Assembly (NCBI RefSeq): GCF_009914755.1
Contig: NC_060947.1
Direction: 5' to 3' (one strand)
Source: the human T2T-CHM13v2.0 reference genome, Homo sapiens
Length of the DNA: 64,000 nt
Below the pieces are notes generated by a model that did not search any database, was not told where the DNA came from, and saw only the letters and a list, made by a program, of their open reading frames with translations. This document shows positions 1 to 23,914 of the stretch, piece after piece. The number at the start of each line of letters is the position of its first letter. Positions within the stretch are counted from its first letter, which is position 1. The position numbers and the translations under genes were made by a program.

Positions 1-12
1 AAAACCACAAAG

Positions 13-1027
13 ATGGGGAAAAAACAGAGCAGAAAAACCAGAAACTCTAAAAATCAGAGCACCTCTCCTCCTCCAAAGGAATGCAGCTCCTCACCAGCAA
101 CGGAACAAAGCTGGACGGATAATGACCTTGATGAGTTGAGAGAGGAAGGCTTCTGAAGATGAAACTACTCTGAGCTAAAGGAGGTAGTTCGAACCAATGG
201 CAAAGAAGGTAAAAACTATGAAAAAAAATTAGACGAATGGCTAACTAGAATAACCAATGCAGAGAAATCCTTAAAGGACCTGATGGAGCTGAAAACCATG
301 CCACCAGAACTACATGACGAATGCACAAGCCTCAGTAACTGATGTGATCAACTGGAAGAAAGAGTATCAGTGATGGAAGATGAAATGAATGAAATTAAGC
401 AAGAAGAGAAGTTTAGAGAAAAAATAATAAAAAGAAACAAACAAACCCACAAGAAATATGGGACTATGTGAAAAGACCAAATCTACGTCTGATTGGTGTA
501 CCTGAAAGTGATGGGGAGAATGGAACCAAGTTGGAAAACACTCTGCAGGATATTATACAGGAGAACTTCCCCAGTGTAGCAAGGCAGACCAACATTCAAA
601 TTCAGAAAATAAATAGAATGCCACAAAGATATGTCCTGAGAAGGCAGCTCCAAGACACATAATTGTCAGATTCACCAAAGTTGAAATGAAGGAAAAAATG
701 TTAAGGGCAGCCAGAGAGAAAGGTCGGGTTACCCACAAAAGGAAGCCCATCAGACTAACAGCTGATCTCTCAGCAGAAACTCTACAAGCCAGAAGAGGGT
801 GGGGGCCAAAATTCAACAATCTTAAAGAAAAGAATTTTCACCCCAGAATATCATATCCAGCCAAACTAAGCTTCAGAAGTGAAGGAGAAATAAAATCCTT
901 TTCAGACAAGCAAATGCTGAGAGATTTTGTCACCACCAGGCCTGTCCTAAAAGAGCTCCTGAAGAAAGCACTAAACATGGAAAGGAAAAACCGGTACCAC
1001 CCACTGGAAAATCATGCCAAATTGTAA
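13..1027 (+). pseudogene. L1 ORF1p, disrupted
   Basis: Fragments 468-662 and 686-1027 match ORF1p (KRPNLRLIGVPE, KPIRLTADLSAETLQARR). Internal stops and a frameshift. Confidence 0.9.
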
Positions 1028-1090
1028 AGACCATCGAGGCTAGGAAGAAACTGCACCAACTAATGAGCAAAATAACCAGCTAACATCATA

Positions 1091-3792
<2,702 letters not shown>

Positions 3793-4292
3793 TGTTGTGG
3801 GAAGTCAGGAACCCCAAATGGAGGGACTGGCTGAAGCTATGGCAGAAGAACATAAATTGTGAAGATTTCATGGACATTTATTAGTTCCCCAAAATTAATA
3901 CTTTTGTAATTTCTTATGCCTGTCTTTACTGCAATCTCTGAACATAAATTGTGAAGATTTCATGGACACAGATCACTTCCCCAGTCAATACCCTTTTGAT
4001 TTCCCATGGCTGTCTTTACTTTAATCTCTTAATCCCATCATCTTCATAAGCTGAGAAGGATGTATGTCACCTCAGGAGCCTCTGATGATTGATTGCGTCA
4101 ACTGCACAAATTGTTTGTAGAGCATGTGTGTTTGAACAATATGAAATCTGGGCACCTTGAAAAAAGAACAGGATAACAGCAATGTTCAGGGAACAAGAGA
4201 GATAATATTAAACTCTGACCGCTGGTGAGCTGGGCAGAACAGAGTCATATTTCTCTTCCTTCAAAAGGGGAGAAATATCACTAAATTCTTTT
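3793..4292 (+). mobile_element. MER11 (HML-8) 3' LTR, 5' part
   Basis: Starts TGTTGTGGGAAGTCAGG after the PPT and has the internal repeats GAACATAAATTGTGAAGATTTCATGGACA typical of MER11. Confidence 0.88.
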
Positions 4293-4505
4293 ATTATTAT
4301 TATTATATTTTGAGTTTTAGGGTACATGTGTACAATGTGCAGGTTAGTTACATATGTATACATGGGCCATGCTGGTGCACTGCACCTATTAACTCGTCAT
4401 TCAGCATTAGGTATATCTCCTACAGCTACGCCTCCCCCTTCCCCCACCCCACAACAGTCCCCAGAGTGTGATGTTCCCCTTCTTGTGACCATGTGTTCTC
4501 ATTTT

Positions 4506-8360
<3,855 letters not shown>

Positions 8361-8423
8361 TATGATGTTAGCTGGTTATTTTGCTCGTTAGTTGACGCAG
8401 TTTCTTCCTAGCCTCGATGGTCT

Positions 8424-9440
8424 TTACAATTTGGCATGATTTTGTGCTGGCTGGTACCGGTTGTTCCTTTCCATGTTCAGTGCTTCCTTCAGGAGCTCTT
8501 TTAGGGCAGGCCTGGTGGTGACAAAATCTCTCAGCATTTGCTTGTTCGTAAAGGATTTTATTTCTCCTTCACTTCTAAAGCTTAGTTTGGCTGGATATGA
8601 AATTCTGGGTTGAAAATTCTTTTCTTTAAGAATGTTGAATATTGGCCCCCACTCTCTTCTGGCTTGTAGAGTTTCTGCCAAGAGATCCGCTGTTAGTCTG
8701 ATGGGCTTCCTTTTGTGGGTATCCCGACCTTTCTCTCTGGCTGCCCTTAACATTTTTTCCTTCATTTCAACTTTGGTGAATCTGACAATTATGTGTCTTG
8801 CAGTTGCTCTTCTGGAGGAATATCTTTGTGGCATTCTCTGTATTTCCTGAATCTGAATGTTGGCCTGCCTTGCTAGATTGGGGAAGTTCTCCTGAATAAT
8901 ATTATGCAGAGTGTTTTCCAACTTGGTTCCATTCTCCCTGTCACTTTCAGGTACACCAATCAGATCTAGATTTGGTCTTTTCACATAGTCCCATATTTCT
9001 TGGAGGCTTTGTTCATTTATTTTTATTCTTTTTTCTCTGAACTTCCCTTCTTGCTTTAGTTCATTCATTTCATCTTCCATCACTGATACCCTTTCTTCCG
9101 GTTGATTGTGTCAGCTCCTGAGGATTCTGCATTCTTCACTTAGTTCTCGAGCCTTGGCTTTCAGCTCCATCAGCGACTTTAAGTGCTTCTCTGTATTGGT
9201 TATTCTAGTTATACATTCATCTAAATTTTTTTCAAAGTTTTCAACTTCTTTGCCTTTGGTTTGAATTTCCTCCCGTAGCTCAGAGTAGTTTGGTCGTCTG
9301 AAGCCTTCTTCTCTCATCTCATCAAAGTCATTCTCCATCCAGCTTTGTTCCATTGCTGATGAGGAGCTACGTTCCTTTGGAGGAGGAAAGGTGCTCTGCT
9401 TTTTAGAGTTTCCAGTTTTTCTGCTGTGTTTTTTCCCCAT
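8424..9440 (-). pseudogene. L1 ORF1p of copy B, one premature stop near 9111
   Basis: ORFs 9111-9440 and 8424-9083 are in the same frame and together span ORF1p. Confidence 0.92.
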
Positions 9441-10469
9441 CTTTGTGGTTTTATCTACTTTTGGTCTTTGATGATGGTGATGTACAGATGGATTTTTGGT
9501 GTGGATGTCCTTTCTGTTTGTTAGTTTTCCTTCTTACAGTCAAGACCCTCAGCTTCAGGTCTGTTGGAGTTTGCTAGTGGTCCACTCCACACTCTGTTTG
9601 CCTGGGTACCAGCAGCAGTGGCTGCAGAACAGCAGATTTTTGTGAACCACAAATGATTCTTTCTGATCATTCCTCTGGAAGTTTTGTCTCAGAGGAGTAC
9701 CTGGCCGTGTGAGGTGTCAGTCTGCCCCTACTGGGGGGTGCCTCCCAGTTAGGCTGCTCAGGGGTCAGGGGTCAGGGACCCACTTGAGGAGGCAGTCTGC
9801 CCGTTCTCAGATCTCCAGCTGCATGCTGGGAGAACCACTGCTCCCTTCAAAGCTGTCAGAGAGGGACATTTAAATCTGCAGATGTTATTGCTGTCTTTTT
9901 GTTTGTCTGTGCCCTGCCCCCACAGGTGGCACCTACAGAAGCAGGTAGGCCTCCTTGAGCTGTGGTGGGCTCCACCCAGTTTGACCTTCCTGGCTGCTTT
10001 GTTTACCTAAGTAAGCCTGGATAATGGCAGTCGCCCCTCCCCCAGCCTCGCTGCCTCCGTGCAGTTTGATCTCAGACTGCTGTGCTAGCAATCAGTGAGA
10101 CTCCGTGGGTGTAGGACCCTCCGAGCCATGTGTGGGATATAATCTCCTGGTGTGCGGTTTTTTAAGCCCATCAGAAAAGCACAGTATTGGGGTGGGAGTG
10201 ACCTGATTTTCCAGGTGCCATCTGTCACCCCTTTCTTTGACTAGGAAAGGGAACTCCCTGACCCCTTGTGCTTCCCGAATGAGGCAATGCCTCCCCCTGC
10301 TTCAGCTCGCACATGCTGCACTGCACCCACTGTCCTGCGCCCACTGTCTGGCACTCCCTAGTGAGATGAACCCGGTACCTCAGATGGAAATGCAGAAATC
10401 ACCCATCTTCTGTGTCGCACACTCTGGGAGCTTTAGACCGGAGCTGTTCCTATTCAGCCATCTTGGCTC

Positions 10470-11037
10470 GCTTAATTCTTTTTCTCAGCAAGGAACATCC
10501 CTGAGACAGAGAATGTGTCCCTGAGGGTAGGCCTCTAACATGGCCACTTTGAGGGGTGGCCATCTTTTATGGTCAAAACTGTAGCAATGAAATAATCCCC
10601 AGTCTCCCATAGTGCTTCCAGTCTTATTAGGATGAGGAAATTCCCACCTAATAAATTTTGGTCGTACTGGTTGTCTGCTCTCAAACCCTGATAAGATGTT
10701 ATCAATGACAATTCATGCCCGAAAGTTCATTAGCAATTTTAATTTCACCCTGGTCCTTTGGTTCTGTGATCTCTCTCTGCCTCCATTTGCCTTGTGATAT
10801 TCTATTACCTTGTGAAGCATGTGATCTCTGTGACCCACACCCTATTCATACTCTCCCTCCCATTTTGAAAATCACTAATAAAAACTTGCTGGTTTTGTGG
10901 CTCAGGGGGCATCACAGAACCTGCCGACCTGTGATGTCTCCCCCAGACACCCAGCTTTAAAATTTCTCTTTTTTGTACTCTGACCCTTTATTTCGTGGGT
11001 GAATTTCATCCAATATCTGGCTGAATTTCCCCTGATA
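10470..11037 (+). mobile_element. MER11 LTR, 3' part (MER11B-like end)
   Basis: Resumes AATTCTTTTTCTCAGCAAGGAACATCCCTGAG, has AATAAA near 10877 and ends CTGAATTTCCCCTGATA. Confidence 0.85.
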
Positions 11038-11049
11038 AAGCCTCACTAC

Positions 11050-11212
11050 ATACTCCACTAACAGCCACAGCCTGAGGGCTGTGGAACTCTGAGGAACTCA
11101 CAAGACAACACTGACACTGATTATAGCTGAAGAAATTATATGAAGACTCTACTACTGTGTTCATCCAGAATCAAAGCCTAAGTGCCTTATCCAACCAACA
11201 CTATAGATACAT
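11050..11212 (+). mobile_element. Old L1M 5'-region fragment
   Basis: CCAGAATCAAAGCC..CCAACCAACACTATAGATACA resembles the pre-ORF1 region of L1M elements (from recall). Confidence 0.45.
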
Positions 11213-13665
11213 TGATATGGTTTGTATAATTGTCCCCTCCAAATTTCTTGGAAATATTTTTAAGCTCCTTGTAGACTCTGGATATTAGAGCTTTGTCATA
11301 TGGGTAGATTGCAAAAGTGTTCTCCCATTCTGTAGGTTGTCTGTTCATCTGATGATAGCTTATCTTGCTGTGCAGAAGCTCTTTAGTTTCATTGGATCCC
11401 GTTCTTCAATTTTTACTTTTGTTGCAATTGCTTTCAGCATTTTCATCATGAAATCTTTGCCTGTGCTGATGTCCTGAATGGTATTACCTAGATTTTCTTC
11501 TAGGGTTTTTATAGTTTCAGGTTTTACATGTAAGTCTTCAATCAATCTTGAGTTAATTTTAGTATAATGTTTAAGGAGGGGTCCAGTTTTTAATTTTCTG
11601 CATATGGCTAGCAAGTTTCCCCAGAGCCACTTATTAAATAGGTAGTCCTTTCCCCATTGCTTGTTTTTGTCAGGTTTGTCAAAGATCACTTCGTTGTAGG
11701 TGTGTGGCCTTATTTCTGAGTTCTCTATTATGTTCCATTAGTCTGTGTCTGTTTTCGTACCAGTACCATGGTATTTTGGTTACTGTAGCCTTGTAGTATA
11801 GTTTGAAGTTGGGTAGCATAATGCCTCCAGCTTTGTCCTTTTTGCTTAGGATTGTCTTGGCTATATGGGCTTTTTTGGTTCCATATGAATTTTAAAATAA
11901 TTTTTTTCTAATTCTGTGAAAAATGTTAATGGGACTTTAGTGGAAATAGCATTGAATCTATGAATTACTTTGCACAGTATGGCCATTTTTATGGTATTGA
12001 TTCTTTCTATCCAAGAGCATGGAATGTTTTTCCATTTGTTTGTGACCTCTCTGATTTCCTTGAGCAGTGGTTTGTAGTTGTCTTTAAGAGATCCTTCACT
12101 TCTCTTGTAAGCCGTATTCCTAGGTATTTTATTCTCTTCGTAGCAATTATGAATGAGAATTCATTCATGATTTGGCTTTCTGCTTGCCTGTTGTTGGTGT
12201 ACAGAGATGCTCGCAATTTTTGAACATTGATTTTGTACCCTGAGACATTACTGAAGTTGCTTATCAGGCTAAGAAGCTTTTGGGCTGAGATGATGTGGTT
12301 TTCTAGATATAGAATCATGTCATCTGCAAACAAAGACAATTTGGCTTCTTCTCTGACTATTTGAATACCCTTTATTTATTACTCTTGCCTGATTGCTCTG
12401 GCCAGAACTTCCAATAACATGTTGAATAAGAGTGGTGAGAGACAGCATGCTTGTCTCGTGCCAGTATTCAAGGAGAATGCTTCCAGGTTTTGCCCATTTA
12501 GTGTGATATTGGCTATAGGTTTGTCATATACGGCTCTTTTATTTTGCAGTATGATCCTTAGATACATAGTTTATTGAGACCTTTTAACATAAAGGGATGT
12601 TAAATTTTATCAAAGGCCTTTTCTGCATCTATTGAGATAATCATGTGGTTTTTGTATTTAGTTCTGTTTATTTGATGAATTACATTTATTGATTTGTGTA
12701 TGTTGAACCAACCTTGCATCCCGGGGATGAAGCCAATTTGTTCGTGGTGGATATGCTTTTTGATTTGTTGATGGATTCAGTTTGCTAGTATTTCATTGAC
12801 GATTTTTGCATTGATGTTCATTAGGGATGTTGGCCTGAAGTGTTTTTATTTTTATTTTTATTTTTATCTCTGCCAGGTTTTGGTGTAAGAATGATGCTGC
12901 CCTCATAAAATGAGTTAGGGAGGAGTCCCTCCATATCAATTGTTTAGAATACTTTCAGTAGAAATCATACCAACTCTTCTTTCTACCTCTGGTAGAGTTC
13001 AGCTTTAAATCTACCTGGTCCTAGGTTTTTATTGTTTTGTTTTGTTTGTTCAGTAGAAATTGTACCAGCTTTTCTTCCTAACTCTGGTAAAATTGAACTG
13101 TAAATTCGTCTGGTCCTGGGCTTTTTAAATTTTTGGGGGGTTTGTAGGCTATTTATTAATGCTGGAACTTCATAACTCACTATTGGTCTATTCAGGGATT
13201 CAATTTCCTCCTGGTTCAGCCTTGGGAGGGGATATGTGTCAGAAATTTGTCCATTTCTTCCAGATTTTCTAGTTAATGTGCATAGAGGTGTTTATAGTAT
13301 TCTCTAATGGTTGTTTGTATTTCTGCAGGATCAGTGATGATATCCCTTTAATTATTTTTTATTGTGTCTGTTTGATTCTTCTCTCTTTTCTTCTTTATTA
13401 GTGTAGCTAGTTGCCTATTTATTTTATTAATTTTTTTCAAAAAACTGGCTCCTGGATTCATTGATTTTTTTTGAAGGGTTTATTGTGTCTCTCCTTCAGT
13501 TCCACTCTGATCTTGGTTATTTCTTGCCTTCTGCTACCTTTGGGGTTTCTTTGCTCTTGGTTCTCTAGTTATATTAGTTGTGGTGGTAGGTTGTTGATCT
13601 GAGATCTTTCTAGATTTTTGATATGGGCATTTGCTGCTATAAATTTCCCTCTTAACACTGTTTTA

Positions 13666-14007
<342 letters not shown>

Positions 14008-15191
14008 TCATTAGTTTCAAATAACTTCTTGATTTCTGCCTTAACTTTATTATTCACCCAGGAGTCATTCAGGATCAGGTTGTACAATTTCCATGTAGTT
14101 GTGTGGTTTTGAGTGAGTTTATTAATCTTGAGTTTTAATTTGATTGTGCTGTGGTATAAGAGACTTTTTGTTAGGATTTCAATTTTTTTTTTTTTTTACA
14201 TTTGTTGAGAAGTGGTTTCCTTCCAAATATATGATCAATTTTAAAGTAGTTGCCATGTGGCAATGAGAAGAATGTATATTCTGTCGTTTTGTTGTGGACA
14301 GTTCTGTAGATATTTATCAGGTCTCCTTGATCCAGAGCTGAGTTCGGGACCTGAATATCTTTGTTAATTTTCTGTCTTGCTGATCTGTATAATACTGTCA
14401 GTGGGGTGATAAAGTCTACCAACATTATTGGATGGGAGTCTGAGTCTCTTTGAAGGTCTCTGAGAACTTGCTTTATGAATTTGGGTGCTCCTGTATTGGG
14501 TGCATATGTACTTAGGATAGTTATCTCTTCTTGTTGAATTGAACCCTTTACCATTATGTAATGCCGTTCTTTCTCTTTTATGATCTTTGTTGGTTTAAAG
14601 TCTGTTTTGATGGAAACTAGAACTGCAACCCCTGTTCTTTTTCTGTTTTACATTTGCTTGGTAAATTCTCCTCCATCCCTTTATTTTGAGCCTATGTGTG
14701 TCTTTGCAAGTGAGACGGATCTCTTGAATACAGCAGATTGATGGGGTTTGACTCTTCATCTAGCTTACCATTCTATGTCTTTTAATTGGGGCATTTAGCC
14801 CATCTACATTTTCGGTTAGTATTCAATATTTTTATGTGTGAATTTGAGCCTGTGGTCATGACGGTAGCTGGTTGTTTTGTGGACTTGTTTATTCAGTTGC
14901 TTCACGGTGTCACTGGTCTGTGTACTTCAGTGTGCTTTTGTAGTGGCTGATAATGGTTTCTCCTTTTATTTTTTTATTTTATTATTATTATAATTTAAGT
15001 TTTAGGGTATATGTGCACAAGGTGCAGGTTTGTTACATATGTATACATGTGCCACCGTAGTGTACTGCACCCATTAACAGGTCATTTAGCATTAGGTATA
15101 TCTCCTAATGCTATCCCTTCCCCCTCCCCCCACCCCACAACAGTCCCCGGTGTGTGATGTTCCCCTTCCTGTGTCCATGTGTTCTTATTGT

Positions 15192-19013
<3,822 letters not shown>

Positions 19014-19076
19014 TATGATGTTAGCTGGCTATTTTGCTCGTTAGTTGATGCAGTTTCTTCCTAGCCTCAATGGTCT

Positions 19077-20091
19077 TTACAATTTGGTATGTTTTTCCAG
19101 TGGGTGGTACCGGTTGTTCCTTTCCATGTTTAGTGCTTCCTTCAGGAGCTCTTTTAGGGCATGCCTGGTGGTGACAAAATCTCTCAGCATTTGCTTGTCT
19201 GTAAAGGATTTTATTTCTCCTTCACTTCTGAAGCTTAGTTTGGCTGGATATGAAATTCTGGTTTGAAAATTCTTTTCTTTAAGAATGTTGAATATTGGCC
19301 CTCAGTCTCTTCTGGCTTGTAGAGTTTCTGCCGAGAGATCAGCTGTTAGTTTGCTGGGCTTCCCTTTGTGGGTAAACCGACCTTTCTCTCTTGCTGCCCT
19401 TAACATTTTTTCCTTCATTTCAGCTTTGGTGAATCTGACAATTTTGTGTCTTGCAGTTGCTCTTCTCAAGGAGTATCTTTGTTGCATTCTATGTATTTCC
19501 TGAATTTGAATGTTGGCCTGTCTTGCTAGATTGGGGAAGTTCTCCTGTATAATATCCTGCAGAGTGTTTTCCAACTTTGTTCCATTCTCCCCGTCACTTT
19601 CAGCTACACCAATCAGATGTAGATTTGGTCTTTTCACATAGTCCCATATTTCTTGGAGGTTTTGTTCTTTTCTTTTTATTCTTTTTTCTCTAAACTTCTC
19701 TTCTTGCTTCATTTCATTCATTTCATCTTCCATCACTGGTACCCTTTCTTCCTGTTGATCGCATTGGCTACTGAGGCTTGTGAATTTATCACGTATTTCT
19801 GGTGCCATGGTTTTCAGCTCCATGAGGTCCTTTAAGGACTTCTCTGAATTGGTTATTCTAATTAGCCATTCATCTAATTTTTTTTCATAGTTTTTAACTT
19901 TTTTCCATTGGTTCAAACTTCCTCCTTTAGCTCGGAGTAGTTGATCTTCTGAAAGCTTCTTCTCTCAACTCGTCAGAGTCATTCTCCGTTCAGCTTTGTT
20001 CCATTGCTGGTGAGTAACTGCGTTCCTTTGGAGGAGGAGAAGTGCTCTGATTTTTAGAGTTTCCGGTTTTTCTGCTCTGTTTTTTCCCTAT
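19077..20091 (-). pseudogene. L1 ORF1p of copy C; start codon mutated to ATA, stops present
   Basis: The 204-aa piece 19302-19916 matches ORF1p. Confidence 0.88.
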
Positions 20092-23000
20092 CTTTGTGGT
20101 TTTATCTACCTTTGGTCTTTGATGATGGTGATGTACAGATAGGTTTTTGGTGTGGACATCCTTTGTGTTTGTTAGTTTTCCTTCTAACAGTCAGGACCCT
20201 CAGCTGCAGGTGGGTTGGAGTTTGCTGGAGGTCCACTCTAGACCCTGTTTGCCTGGGTGTCAGCAGCAGTGGCTGCAGAACAGTGGATACTGGTGAACCG
20301 CAAATGCTGCTGCCTGATCGTTCCTCTGGAAGTTTTGTCTCAGAGAAGTACCGGGCCGTGTGACGTGTCAGCCTGCCCCTACTGGAGGTTCCTCCCAGTT
20401 AGGCTACTCGGGAGTCAGGGCCCAACTTGAGGAGGCAGTCTGCCGGTTCTCAGATCTAAATCTGCATGCTGGGGGAACCACTACTCTCTTCAAAGCTGTC
20501 AGACAGGGACATTTAAGTCTGCAGAGGTTACTGCTTCATTTTGTTTGTCTGTGTCCTGCCCCCAGAGGTGGAGCCTACAAAGGCAGGCTGGCATCCTTGA
20601 GCTGTGGTGGGCTTCACCCAGTTCGAGCTTCCTGGCACTTTGTTTAGCTACTCAAGTCTCAGCAATTGTGGGCGCCCCTACCCCAGCCTCACTGCTGCCT
20701 TGCAGTTTGTTCTCAGACTGCTGTGCTAGCAAAGAGCGAGGCTCCATGGACGTAGGACCCTATAAGCCAGCTGCGGGATGTTATCTCCTGGTGTGCCGTT
20801 TGTTAAGCCCGTGGGAAAAGTGCAGTATTAGGGTGGGAGTGACCCTATTTTCCAGGTGCCATCTGTCACCCCTTTCTTTGACTAGGAAAGGGAATTCCCT
20901 GACCCCTTGTACTTTCCAGGTGAGGTGATGCCTCGCCCTGCTTTGGCTCATGCACGGTGCACTGCACCCACTGTCCTGCACCCACTGTCTGGCACTTCCC
21001 AGTGAGATGAACCCAGTACCTCAGTTGGAAATGCAGAAATCACCTGTCTTCTGCGTTCCTCATGCTGGGAGCTGCAGACTGGAGCTCTTCCTATTCGGCC
21101 ATCTTGGCTCCAACCCCGGTTTCTCCTTTTCATATTTCTTGTTTCCTTCAAGAGCTCTTGCAAGGCAGTCCTTGTCATGACAAATTCCCTCAGCATTTGC
21201 TTGTTTGACTTATGAAGCTTAGTTTGGCAATATATACATTCCTGGAATGTAAATTATTTTTTTAAATGTTGAATATTGGCCCCCAGTCTCTTCTGGCTTG
21301 TGGCGTTTCTGTTGAGAGGTCCACTATTAGTCTGATGGGCTTCTCTTTTTAGGTGACCTGGCCTTTCTCTCTGGCTGCCCTTAACATATTTTCTCTCATT
21401 TTAACCTTGGAGAATCTGAAGATTATTTTTCTTGGGGTTAACCTTCTCATGGAGTATCTTACTGGGTTTCTCTTGGTTTCCTGAATTTAAAGGTTGGTCT
21501 GTCTTGTTAGTTGGGGGAAGTTCTCCTGGATGATATTGTGATGTATGTTTTCCAACTTGGTTCTGATCTCCCCATTTCTTTCAGGTACCCCAACCAGTTG
21601 TAGCTTCAGTCTTTTCACATAATTCCATATTTCTTGGAGGTTTCGTTTATTCCTTTTCATTATTTTTTCTCACTTTTTGTCTGCTTCTCTTATTTCAGAA
21701 AGATAGTCTTCAAGTTCTGAGATTCTTTCTTCTGCTTGCTCTATTCTGCTATTGATACTTGTGATTACATGGTGAAGTTCTTGTGTTGTGTTTTTCAGCT
21801 CCATCAGGTAAGTTATGTTCCTCTCTAAACTGGCTATTCTGGTTATGAGCCCCTGTATTGTTTTATCATGATTCTTAGTTTATTTGCATTGGTTTACAAC
21901 ATGCTCCTTTAACTCAGCAAAGTTCTTTATTACCCACCTTTTGAAGCCTACTTCTGTCAATTCAGCCATGCCAGCCTCAGCCCAGTCCTCTGTCCCTGCT
22001 GGAAAGACGTTGCAGTCATTTGGAGGAGAAGAGGTACTCTGGCTTTTGAGTTTTCAGTGTTTTTGTGTTGATTCTTATCTTTCTGGGCTTATCTACCTTT
22101 GATCTTTTAGTTTGCTGACATTTGAATAAGGTTTTGTGGGGTCTTTTTGTTGATATTGTTGCTTTCTCTTTGTTTTTCCTTTAACAGGCCACCGTTTTGT
22201 AGAACTGCTGGGGTTTGCTGGGGGTCCACTCCAGACCCTAGTCACCTCAGTCCCTCCTGCACCTGGAGGTATCACTAGTGAATGCTGTGAAATAGGAAAG
22301 ATAGCAGCCAGCTCCTTCCTCTGGGAGCTCCATCCCAGGAGGCACCAGCCTGACACCAGCCAGAATTCTCCCATAGGAGGTTTCTGGAGACCCCTGTTGG
22401 GAGGACTCACCCATTCAGAAGGAACAGGTTTAGGGACCCGCTTAAAGAAGCAGTCTGGCTGCCGGTTGGCAGAGCAGGTGTGCTACGCTGACCACCCTGA
22501 CACTCCAGAGTCAGCAGGCTGGAAAAACTAAGTTAGCTGAATTGCAGAGACAGCAGCTGCCCCTCCCTTCTGGGACTCTATCCCAGGGAGCCACAAGAGT
22601 TCTGTTCATATAACCCGGGCTGGAGTTGCTGAAATTCTTGCAGGGAGGCCACACCCAGCAATGGGGGATGGATCTGGGTCCCACTTAACGAAGCAGAGTG
22701 GCCACAATCAGGCCCAACAGCTGTGCTGTGTTGTGGGGAACTCCCCTTGGTCCCCAGTGCCAGCAAGCTAGAGCCACTGACTCGAACTGCATAAATCATG
22801 GCCACCCCTCCACCCGGGAACTCAGTCTGTCTCAGGCCATCGCCAGCCTGCTGCCACTGGCCAGCTGGAATTCCAAGCCAGTGGGTCTGAACTTGTGAGG
22901 TGTGGTGGAAGTGAGGTCAGCAGAACATGCCACCTGGCTCCCTGGATTCAGCCCCCTTCCTAGGGGAATGCACAAATGGATTTCCTGCTTTGCTGAAATT

Positions 23001-23435
23001 CTGAGGGCTGGGATAGACAAAACTCCTGCGTTTCCCTGCATGCTCTGGCAAGTGAGCAAGGGCTCCACTAAGACTCTACATAGCTCTGTGTTTCAGACCC
23101 AAGGCCCTAGTGGTGTGGTCTCACAATGGGATCTCCTGATCTGCAGGTTGCAAAGATGCACGGGAAAAGCATGATTTCCTGGGCAGGGTCACACAATCGC
23201 TCACCACTTCCTCTGGTTTCGGGGTGGGGGCTCCCCTGGCTCCATGCCACTCCCAGGTGGGCCATCACCCCACCCTGCTTTTCCTCACTCTCTGTGGGTT
23301 GAGCTGTCTGCCTAGTCAGTCTCAATGTGAAAATCTGAATACCTCAGTTGAGGGTTCAAAATTCACCCACCATTTCCATTGGTCTCCGTAAAAGTTGCAA
23401 ACTGCAGCTGCTTCTAATTGACCACCTTGGCCCCA

Positions 23436-23912
23436 TAGAGCTAAACTTCCTCCTTAGAACATGTTTTTGCTGCATTTTATAAGATTTGGTAAGCTATGTC
23501 TCCATTTTCATTTGCCTTAAGATTTTAAAAAATTTCTTTTAATTTTTTCTTTGAACGGTTTATTGTTCAGGAACATATAGTTTAATTGTCATATATTTGT
23601 GATTTTTCTCAAATTTCTTTTGTTACTGATTTCTAGGTTCATACCATTGTGGTCAGAAAAGATACTTGATAGAATTTCAATCTTCTTACATTCTTTAAGA
23701 GTTGTTTTGTGTCCTAAAATGTAATCTATTCTAGAGAATGTTTTATGTGTACTTGAGAAGAATGTGTATTTTTCTGCTGTTAAATGAAATGTCCTATATA
23801 TGTCTGTTAGATCCATTTGTTCTAAAGTGAAAGGTTGAATTCCTATGTTTCCTTATTGATTTTCTATCTGGGTGATCTATCCATTGTTGAAAGTCAGATA
23901 TTAAAATCCCCT
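23436..23912 (-). mobile_element. Old L1M ORF2 endonuclease fragment
   Basis: ORF 23589-23816 reads MDLTDIYRTFH..FSRIDYILGHK..FSDHNG. Confidence 0.8.
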
Positions 23913-23914
23913 AA

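Noticed and set aside
553-819. Recurrent antisense ORFs (MLNIGPHSLLACRVSA.. also at 8632, 19285, 36257 and 51076)
   Set aside because: Shadow frames of L1 ORF1 that recur only because the L1 is repeated.
3848-3968. 29-bp direct repeats in the LTR
   Set aside because: A normal internal repeat of MER11 LTRs.
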